Made by a program: the position numbers and the translations under genes. Below, piece by piece: positions 9,712 to 17,080 of a stretch of 64,000 nt of DNA (its first letter is position 1; every line of letters starts with the position of its first letter). This stretch comes from Armatimonadetes bacterium UBA1398 (GTDB lineage: Bacteria > Armatimonadota > Zipacnadia > UBA1398). The notes under the pieces are model-generated. The model did not search any database and was not told the origin of the DNA. It saw only the letters and a list, made by a program, of their open reading frames with translations. Location of the stretch: the NCBI GenBank assembly GCA_002305165.1, contig DBQI01000026.1, positions 5,398 to 69,397 of the forward strand. The letters run 5' to 3'.

Positions 9712-9930
9712 TGTATGTCGCCCTCCTACGAATGAAGAGCTTCCTTTGACCGACGTGAAGCGAAAGCGCCGTAGGAGGAAGACCCCTCAGGAGTAGGTAG
9801 GTCCGGCAACCATTGCACAAGTGTCCACGTTTCCTTGCGCGGTTGCGTCGCCGCCCGCTTCCGTTGGCAGTCTCCCTTTTGGCTACACCGCTCCTCTCCG
9901 CGCAGACTACGCTCACGTCTGAGGAAGCTC
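9712..9930 (-). promoter_or_regulatory. Long structured 5' leader of the SLH-porin gene
   Basis: On the mRNA strand the 5' end gagcttcct..gacgtga pairs with tcacgtc..aggaagctc near the 3' end; internal cctcctacg is complementary to the RBS cgtaggagg. Confidence 0.6.
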
Positions 9931-9934
9931 ACCA

Positions 9935-9964
9935 ACACTAGCACATGCGCCCGAGCGCATGCAA
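9935..9964 (-). promoter_or_regulatory. Sigma70-type promoter of the SLH-porin gene
   Basis: TTGCAT-18-TAGTGT with extended -10 TG. Confidence 0.55.
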
Positions 9965-10048
9965 GATTCCTGCATGCCCTCGAACTTCATACCGTACCGG
10001 AGGCATTCACCGATACGCACCCGAATACCTCCCTCAGGGAGGGAGCCC

Positions 10049-11116
10049 GTGGTCGATGGGCCCGACTTCAACCAGTACCTAGACGCTATATACCGTACCA
10101 ACGATCCCCATCGCGTACCGGTTGGGGAATTGTTTGTCGAGGACATCATTGCACGCCAGCTATCTGAGGGACCCATCGACTATGACGATCACGGAATGAC
10201 GCTCCGAGGCATGCGGGTGTTCCTCGAGACTCACCGCGTCCTGGGGTTCGATGCAGTGACGGTCGGGGTAGGCCCTGGCTTCGAGCTTCCAGAGTGGGCG
10301 ATGACGACCGATGTCGCGCCCCTCTCCAAGGGCCAACGCGGGTTCGTGACCGGTGGAGCCAGCCGGATCTGGGATAGGGCGTCCTTTGAGGCTTACCCCT
10401 GGCCGAGTCCAGAGCAGGTAGACTACACACCCCTGGAACGGGCTAGTAAGGCTATGCCGGACGGCATGGCCATCCTTGGGTCTGTGGGCGGCCCCTGCGA
10501 GTGGCTCATGTGGATCATGGGCTACGAGGCCTTGAGCCTGGCTCTGGCGGACGATCCGGAACTCGTCAGCGACGTCGTGGACTGCATCGAGCGACAGATG
10601 CTGGCGGTATTCCGCCACGTGGCCGCGATGGAGCGCGTCGGCGCCATGTGGATCTCGGACGACATGGGGTTCCGCACCGGCACCTTCCTATCGCCCGCCC
10701 ATATGCGAGCCTACGTGCTACCCACGCAGAGGCGCCTAGCGGCAGCGGCCCATGCGGAGGGCATCCCCGTGTTGCTGCACTCCTGCGGCAATCTCACCGC
10801 GATCATGGATGATCTGATCGACGATGTGGGCATCGATGCCAAGCACTCCTTCGAGGACGTCATCACGCCGGTTACCGAGGCGAAGAGGCTCTGGGGACAC
10901 CGGGTCTGCCTCATCGGTGGCGTCGATCTCGACCCCCTCACTCGGCTCTCGCCGGAGGAGGTCTACCGCTACACCCTAGGGATCCTGGAAAAGTGCGCTC
11001 CAGGAGGTGGGTACATCCTCGGCACGGGAAACAGTGTAGCGAACTACGTGCCCATCCCCAACTACCTCTCAATGCTCCAGGCTTGGCGCGACTGGCACAT
11101 AACCTCAGCCACGTGA
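10049..11116 (+). CDS. Uroporphyrinogen decarboxylase (URO-D/MtaA)-family protein
   Basis: SDDMGFRTG, LHSCGN, DAKHSFED, IGGVD, GYILGTGNS; GTG start at 10049 after GGAG. Confidence 0.85.
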   Translation: MVDGPDFNQYLDAIYRTNDPHRVPVGELFVEDIIARQLSEGPIDYDDHGMTLRGMRVFLETHRVLGFDAVTVGVGPGFELPEWAMTTDVAPLSKGQRGFVTGGASRIWDRASFEAYPWPSPEQVDYTPLERASKAMPDGMAILGSVGGPCEWLMWIMGYEALSLALADDPELVSDVVDCIERQMLAVFRHVAAMERVGAMWISDDMGFRTGTFLSPAHMRAYVLPTQRRLAAAAHAEGIPVLLHSCGNLTAIMDDLIDDVGIDAKHSFEDVITPVTEAKRLWGHRVCLIGGVDLDPLTRLSPEEVYRYTLGILEKCAPGGGYILGTGNSVANYVPIPNYLSMLQAWRDWHITSAT

Positions 11117-11129
11117 AGGGACCGATCCA

Positions 11130-12293
11130 GTGGGGAACACACCCACGCCCGCCGACGGCGTGCATAGCATGGTGCCCAGGGAAGAGATGTCGGAGAGCGC
11201 CCGCAAGCTGCGGGACACCTACGCGCGCACCCCAGGGGCGCCACTCGTGCAGAGAGAGTTCGGGTTCTACTGCCTGGATCGGTGGCGTCGGGAGGGCATG
11301 CCCACCGATGTGCCCCTCCATGAGCTGTTCCAGTACGACCCGCCTGGCAACTACGGGCTCGGTCAGTTGGGATGGTGTGAGGCCGCATTCCTACCCGCGT
11401 TCGAGGTCGAAGTCATCGAGGACCGTGGGGAGCATGAGGTGGTCCGCGACTACGCCGGCCGCCACGTTCTGTACTTCAAGGGACGCCGCGACGGCTTCAT
11501 GCCGGAGTACCTCGAGCACCCCGTGAGGGACGCTCGAACGTGGGAGGAGGACGTCAAGTGGCGGCTCGACCCCTCGAGTGAGGAGCGGTACAGCGATCTG
11601 GGGCCCAGGATGGAGGCCGCGCGAGAGCAGGCGCGTCGCGGTCAGATGATCAGCCAGGGCCTCATCGGGGGATACATGTACCTGCGCAGCCTCATCGGGC
11701 CCGAGCATGTGCTCTACGCGTTCCACGATCAGCCGGCGCTCATCCACGACTGCATGACGACTTGGTTCACGCTGGCCGATGCCGTCATCTCACGGCATCA
11801 GGAGCATGTAACGATCGACGAACTCTTCTTGGCCGAGGACATCTGCTACAACCACGGGCCGCTGATCTCTCCGGCAATGATAGGCGAGTTCCTGGCGCCC
11901 TACTACGAGCAACTCATCGCGAACGTGAAGGCGCGTCAGATCGATCGTGACCGCCACCTCTATCTGCACATCGACACCGACGGCTATGCCCCGCCCGTCA
12001 TGCCGGTGTACAAAACCCTCGGCATGGACGCCATGAGCCCATTCGAGGTCGCCTCAGGCTGTGACGTGGTGGCTGTGGGGCAGGAGCATCCCGATGTGGC
12101 GCTGTTCGGTGGCATGGACAAGCGTGTGCTGGCACAGGGCAAGGCGGCGATAGACGCGATGGTCGAACGGGTCCTCCCTGCGATGCGCGAGCGCGGGGGG
12201 TACATACCAACATGCGACCACGGGGTGCCCGAGGAGGTCCCCTACGAGGACTATCTGTACTACCGAGCGCGCTGCGTGGAACTGGGGAGTTAG
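11130..12293 (+). CDS. Uroporphyrinogen decarboxylase (URO-D/MtaA)-family protein, second paralog
   Basis: EDICYNHGPLISP, DTDG, PFEVASG, FGGMDKR, GGYIPTCDH; exact start uncertain. Confidence 0.85.
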   Translation: MGNTPTPADGVHSMVPREEMSESARKLRDTYARTPGAPLVQREFGFYCLDRWRREGMPTDVPLHELFQYDPPGNYGLGQLGWCEAAFLPAFEVEVIEDRGEHEVVRDYAGRHVLYFKGRRDGFMPEYLEHPVRDARTWEEDVKWRLDPSSEERYSDLGPRMEAAREQARRGQMISQGLIGGYMYLRSLIGPEHVLYAFHDQPALIHDCMTTWFTLADAVISRHQEHVTIDELFLAEDICYNHGPLISPAMIGEFLAPYYEQLIANVKARQIDRDRHLYLHIDTDGYAPPVMPVYKTLGMDAMSPFEVASGCDVVAVGQEHPDVALFGGMDKRVLAQGKAAIDAMVERVLPAMRERGGYIPTCDHGVPEEVPYEDYLYYRARCVELGS

Positions 12294-13057
12294 AGCCGCT
12301 CCACCCTCGAGGCTTTCAGGTAGGGCGCGCCGGCCTCGGTGAGGCCAGGGACGGCGGTGACGCGGACACGGGGCGCCGGGCGCTGAGTCGAGTCCAGGCT
12401 ATCAGGCTCCTCGCCACTCACATAGATCCCGCCCGACTCGTCGGCAACGATCCAGTCGCCTCGGTGCCGGCCGGGCGGCCCCTGGGTTACCGGGCCTTGG
12501 AGCCCCTTGGCCCGCCAGCCCCGGTACTCCCCCTCGACCAGGACGGTGCGTGCCTGGAAGAAGCGCGGGAATTCCGCCAGTTGCGTAACAGTTACGACCC
12601 TGGGCACCCAGTCATACCGGAGTTCGACCGTTCCCTCATGCTCGATGAAGCGCGTCTCGATGGGCAGGATCCTGCGCCAGACGCCGTCGGGGAGGTACAT
12701 GACGCCGGACCGGAGGGGCGGAGGGGAGCCCATCTCCAGATCCTCCTCGTTCACGGTCACGGTCGGCTCGCCCAGCCGGAGGGCGATCTTCGTGTCTGGC
12801 AACGTCGCGGACAGGCTGTCCGTGGAGTCATCCCACGAGACGTGGGCGCCCAGTCGCTCCAGGACCAGACGCACGGGGAGAAGCAGAACGTTGTCCTGGT
12901 AGAGTGGGGGAGGCGGCGCCGGTTGGCCCTGTTCGCGGGTGACCTCGATGGTCTCGATGTACAGCCGTAGCGGCGCGTTCTGAGCGTGAGCGCGCTCGGG
13001 CAGCGCCGCCAGAGCGATGCAGAAGCTGGCTCCCAGGATCAGTAACCGGCGGGTCAT
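12290..13057 (-). CDS. Secreted protein with copper amine oxidase N-terminal (stalk) domain and possible OB-fold C-terminus
   Basis: Signal peptide (AHA); LLPVRLVLERLGAHVSWDD..TVTVN..PPLRSGVMYLP. Confidence 0.7.
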   Translation of the reverse strand: MTRRLLILGASFCIALAALPERAHAQNAPLRLYIETIEVTREQGQPAPPPPLYQDNVLLLPVRLVLERLGAHVSWDDSTDSLSATLPDTKIALRLGEPTVTVNEEDLEMGSPPPLRSGVMYLPDGVWRRILPIETRFIEHEGTVELRYDWVPRVVTVTQLAEFPRFFQARTVLVEGEYRGWRAKGLQGPVTQGPPGRHRGDWIVADESGGIYVSGEEPDSLDSTQRPAPRVRVTAVPGLTEAGAPYLKASRVERL

Positions 13058-13833
13058 GCGTAGATCAACTCCCCGAACAGCTTACCAGCATTCCGCGTCG
13101 TCGTAGCCGCGATCTCGCTCGCATCGACACCCCGAACGCGCCCGATAGCTTCGGCGACTATGGACACGTAGGCGGGTTCATTGGTGCGTCCGCGGTAGGG
13201 TGCCGGGGCGAGGTAGGGGGCGTCCGTCTCAATGAGGAGGCGGTCCAGTGGCACACAGGCCGCGACCTGACGCGCCTCTTCACCCTTGGGGAAGGTGACG
13301 ATGCCCGTCAGCCCGATGTGGAGGCCCATCTCAAGGACCCAATCGACCTGATCGGCGCCGTAGGGGTAGCAGTGCATGACTCCGCCAGCGGCGAGAGGCG
13401 CATAGTCCGACAGGATAGCGCGCGTGTCATCGGCGGCCTCTCGGGAGTGAATGATCACCGGGAGGCCGAGGCGCGCCGCCTCATCGAGCTGGCGCTCGAA
13501 TGTTGCACGTTGAATGGGACGGGGGGAGTGGTCGTAGTGGTAGTCCAGCCCGACCTCGCCGTATGCCACCACTCGGTCCCCTCTGGCGAGTTCGGCGAGC
13601 GCGTCGGCGGCACGTGAATCGTACTGGTCAGCCTCATGGGGGTGGACACCGACGGCAGCGAGGACGCTCGGGTGGGCGTTCGCCAGGGATACGGCCTCAC
13701 GAGAACTGCTCAGGTCGTACCCAACGACGACCATGCGGCTGACACCCGCGAGGCCCGCGCGACAGAGGACATCGTTGAGGTCCGCAGCCAGCTTGGGATG
13801 GTTCAGGTGGCAGTGGGAGTCGACGAGGGACAT
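13054..13833 (-). CDS. tatD: TatD-family DNase/hydrolase
   Basis: DSHCH, GVHPH, GEVGLDY, IIHSR, GVMHC, ETDAPY, NEP. Confidence 0.95.
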   Translation of the reverse strand: MSLVDSHCHLNHPKLAADLNDVLCRAGLAGVSRMVVVGYDLSSSREAVSLANAHPSVLAAVGVHPHEADQYDSRAADALAELARGDRVVAYGEVGLDYHYDHSPRPIQRATFERQLDEAARLGLPVIIHSREAADDTRAILSDYAPLAAGGVMHCYPYGADQVDWVLEMGLHIGLTGIVTFPKGEEARQVAACVPLDRLLIETDAPYLAPAPYRGRTNEPAYVSIVAEAIGRVRGVDASEIAATTTRNAGKLFGELIYA

Positions 13834-13993
13834 GCCACTGGTTTCGGACGGCGAACCACTGCCCCTCCATGAGGACGCTGAACCAAGGGGCTCCGAGCCG
13901 AAGGGACCTGCGGATGATCACGGAATAGCGTGTCTAGGCTGCGAGCCTCTTGAGGGGTCACGCCAGCCGAGGTGACCGCGAGGAGGAACCCGT

Positions 13994-15301
13994 GTGAGTG
14001 CAGCAGGTACCCTAACGGCTTCTGCTCTGACCGATCGGCAAAAGCGGGCCATGTTCTGGGCAAGCAGCATCTCCCTCATAGCCACCGCGATGAGCTTCGC
14101 AATCCGTGGCGATATCCTAGGCGATCTGGAAGGTGTGCACGAGCTCACCAAGACGCAGGCCGGAAGTGTCGGCAACGCGTGGGCGTTGGGGTTCGCGCTG
14201 TCCATCCTGTTCGGTGGCGCCCTCTGCGACTTCATCGGCATGAAGCGAGTCATGTATCTCGCGGTCGTGGGGCATAGCGTAGGCTGCGCCGGGATCATAT
14301 TCGGCCCGTCGCCGAACTTCTCGATCCTGTTCGCCTCCGTCCTCGTGATGGGGATCGGCAACGGGATGGTGGAGGCGGCCGTCAATCCATTGGTGGCCAC
14401 CATCTACCCGAAGGAGAAACTGGCGAAGCTGAATGCGCTCCACGCTTGGTTCCCTGGTGGGATCGTTATCGGCGGCGTGATCAGCTACCTGATGACACAG
14501 ACCATGGGCGGCATGTCTTTCGGGGCGTTCAGCCTGTGGCAGATCAAGATGGCCGTCATCTTCATCCCCATCATCGCCTACGCCGTCATGTTCGCGACGA
14601 TGAAGCTGCCGGCAACGGAGCGCGTCGCCTCTGGAGTGTCAAACCGGGAGATGTGGTTGGAGTCGGTGCGTCCGGCTTTCATCCTGCTCTTCTTCTGCAT
14701 GGCGCTGACAGCGGCCACTGAGCTTGGCCCGAACACGTGGATCCCGAACATCATGACCAAGGCGATCGGCAGCGGCATCCTGGTGCTGGTGACCATCAAC
14801 CTGGTGATGGCCATCTGCCGGTTGTTTGCCGGACCCATCGCGAACGCCGTCAGCCCAGTGGGCATGATCTTCCTCTGCGCCGTAGTCTCCGCCATCGGGC
14901 TCTTGGCTCTAAGCGGCGCCCACGAGGCATGGAGCGCCTACCTCGGCGGCGCGATCTTCGGTCTCGGCGCGTGCTTCCTGTGGCCAACCATGCTCGCGAT
15001 AACCTCCGAGCGCTTCCCGAAGGGGGGCGCTGTGCTGCTGGGCCTCATGGGTAGCATCGGGAACATCGGCGCCTTCCTGGCCGCCCCGATCATGGGGCGG
15101 GTGCAGGACTTCAACCTGGCCAAGGGGCTGGATGAGGTTGAGGCGGGCATGCTGTCGCTGCGTTACGTCATCGTTCTCCCCATCGTCGTGGCGGTCATCT
15201 TCGGAGCGATCTACCTCTGGGACAAGGCGCACGGCGGCTACAAGATCGTGGAGCTCGATGCGGCCGAGGGTCCGACGCCCACGGAGGACGCCGAGGCCTA
15301 G
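13994..15301 (+). CDS. MFS transporter
   Basis: About 12 TM helices; GALCDFIGMKR motif-A-like, NGMVEAAVNP, HAWFPGG, WPTM; RBS GAGGAGG. Confidence 0.9.
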   Translation: MSAAGTLTASALTDRQKRAMFWASSISLIATAMSFAIRGDILGDLEGVHELTKTQAGSVGNAWALGFALSILFGGALCDFIGMKRVMYLAVVGHSVGCAGIIFGPSPNFSILFASVLVMGIGNGMVEAAVNPLVATIYPKEKLAKLNALHAWFPGGIVIGGVISYLMTQTMGGMSFGAFSLWQIKMAVIFIPIIAYAVMFATMKLPATERVASGVSNREMWLESVRPAFILLFFCMALTAATELGPNTWIPNIMTKAIGSGILVLVTINLVMAICRLFAGPIANAVSPVGMIFLCAVVSAIGLLALSGAHEAWSAYLGGAIFGLGACFLWPTMLAITSERFPKGGAVLLGLMGSIGNIGAFLAAPIMGRVQDFNLAKGLDEVEAGMLSLRYVIVLPIVVAVIFGAIYLWDKAHGGYKIVELDAAEGPTPTEDAEA

Positions 15302-15326
15302 GCCTGTTGCTCGCAGTCTAGAGTCC

Positions 15327-15361
15327 GTGCGCCCGCCGCGCCATCCACGTGGCGGGCGTGC
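15327..15361 (+). terminator. GC-rich hairpin after the MFS gene (terminator or mRNA stabiliser)
   Basis: 14-bp stem gtgcgcccgccgcg / cgtggcgggcgtgc using G-U pairs valid on the + strand; no U tract. Confidence 0.35.
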
Positions 15362-15382
15362 GACGTACGGAGGGGCCCCAGT

Positions 15383-16189
15383 ATGCGCGTGTTCATTGCC
15401 GTAGACATCGAGGGCATCAGCTCCATGGTGGACTGGCGTGACCAGTCGGACTTCGAGGCACGGAGGTGGATGACGGAGGACGCCAACGCGGCTGTGCGTG
15501 GCGCCTTCGAGGGTGGAGCGTCGTACGTCTGCGTCCGCGACTGCCACGGCCCGGCCCGAAGCATCATTCCAGAGGCTCTCGACGAACGTGCCGAGCTGTG
15601 TCGTGGCTGGGATAACCTCCACGGCATGGTGGACGGCGTTGAGAGCGGCTTCGACGCCCTCATGCTCGTAGGTTGGCATGCCCGGTATGGAACGGAGTCG
15701 GGTGTCATGGCACACAGTTGGTCGGGCATCATCCGGAACATCTGGGTCAACGGAGTCGAGATGGGGGAGGTCGGGCTGGCCGCCGTGATCGCTGGTGCGG
15801 CAGGCGTGCCGGTCGCGATGGTCTCCGGCGATGACGCGCTGGCGAAGGAGGCGCAGGCGCTGCTCCCCGGTGTGCGCGCCGCCGTTGTGAAATACGGCCT
15901 GAACCGGCTGGCGGGCCGCTGCCTGTCGCCGAGTCGGGCGCGGCGCGTGATCGAGGACACCGCGCGAGCGGCCGTCGCGGAGCAGCGAGCCGCCGCCTAC
16001 GGCACCCAGTGGCCCGCCTCCATCGAGGTCCGCTACCAGCATCGTGGCCAAGCCTCGTGGGCGGCGAGGGTGCCTGGAGTGCGTCGCGAGGGGGACTATG
16101 GAATCGCGACCGAGGTGGCCGATGCGGCCGCGCTGAAGGACATTCTGTTCTGCTGCAACCGGCTTGCCTATGCCTGCGATCTTTACTAG
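15383..16189 (+). CDS. M55-family D-aminopeptidase (DppA-like)
   Basis: DIEG, DCHG, GWHA, AHS, GEVG, SGDD. Confidence 0.9.
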   Translation: MRVFIAVDIEGISSMVDWRDQSDFEARRWMTEDANAAVRGAFEGGASYVCVRDCHGPARSIIPEALDERAELCRGWDNLHGMVDGVESGFDALMLVGWHARYGTESGVMAHSWSGIIRNIWVNGVEMGEVGLAAVIAGAAGVPVAMVSGDDALAKEAQALLPGVRAAVVKYGLNRLAGRCLSPSRARRVIEDTARAAVAEQRAAAYGTQWPASIEVRYQHRGQASWAARVPGVRREGDYGIATEVADAAALKDILFCCNRLAYACDLY

Positions 16190-16202
16190 AGGAGTGGATA
16201 GC

Positions 16203-17006
16203 ATGAAGGTCTACCTCGTGACCGACTTGGAGGGCGTAGGTGGCGTGTGGGACTGGGACCACGGCCAGTGGTCACCAGAGGAGCGCGCGCGGGCACGGTC
16301 GCTCCTCACCGGCGAGGTGAACGCCGCGGTTGAGGGGTTCCTGCTGGGGGGCGCGAGCGAGGTCATCGTCAATGATGGCCACGGCGTGGGGTACAGCATC
16401 GATATCGAGGATGTGCACCCCAGAGCCCGTGTTATCCACGGGCAGGATCGGCCCATCTGGCTACCGCTCTTCGACGGCACGTTCGCCGCCACGGGCCTTG
16501 TGGGCGCTCACGCGAAGGCCAATACGGCTGGCGCGAACCTGTGCCACACCATGTCCTCGCTGAGCATCGACGGTTACTGGGTGAACGACGTCTCCATTGG
16601 CGAGATAGGCCTTCAGGCCATCACGGCAGGGCACTTCGGGGTTCCCTTCGTCTTCCTCTCGGGCGACGAGTACGCCTGTCGCGAGGTATCGGAACTCATA
16701 CCAGGGGTCCGCACGGTCGCGACAAAGCTCGGGCTGTCCACCCGCTCCGCCTGCACGCTGAGCCCCGCCGCATGCCGTGAAGGCATCCGCGAGGGCGCCG
16801 CTGCCAGCATGGAACTCATCGGCACAGTAGAACCTCTAACCCTAGGGTCGCCCCTGGTGTTCCGCGAGCGTCGCCAGAGGCCCGACTTCGATGGGCGGGT
16901 GCCCGGAGAAGGGGAACGGATCCTGAGTCGCTGGGAGCGCGAGATCAGCGCAACGGATCCCATCGACCTCACATGTAAGCTGTACGGCTACAGGCCTCCA
17001 GCGTAG
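16203..17006 (+). CDS. M55-family D-aminopeptidase (DppA-like), second paralog
   Basis: DLEG, DGHG, GAHA, CHT, GEIG, SGDE; ATG 16203 after GAGGAG. Confidence 0.9.
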   Translation: MKVYLVTDLEGVGGVWDWDHGQWSPEERARARSLLTGEVNAAVEGFLLGGASEVIVNDGHGVGYSIDIEDVHPRARVIHGQDRPIWLPLFDGTFAATGLVGAHAKANTAGANLCHTMSSLSIDGYWVNDVSIGEIGLQAITAGHFGVPFVFLSGDEYACREVSELIPGVRTVATKLGLSTRSACTLSPAACREGIREGAAASMELIGTVEPLTLGSPLVFRERRQRPDFDGRVPGEGERILSRWEREISATDPIDLTCKLYGYRPPA

Positions 17007-17080
17007 AGGCCTTCGGCGCGCCGGCACGTAAGTAGTAGGTGTGCGCCGGACCCAGCGCGGGTCCGGGAGGGAGGACCACC

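Noticed and set aside
14909-16204. 431-aa minus-strand ORF
   Set aside because: Overlaps well-supported MFS and M55 genes; Arg/His-rich shadow translation
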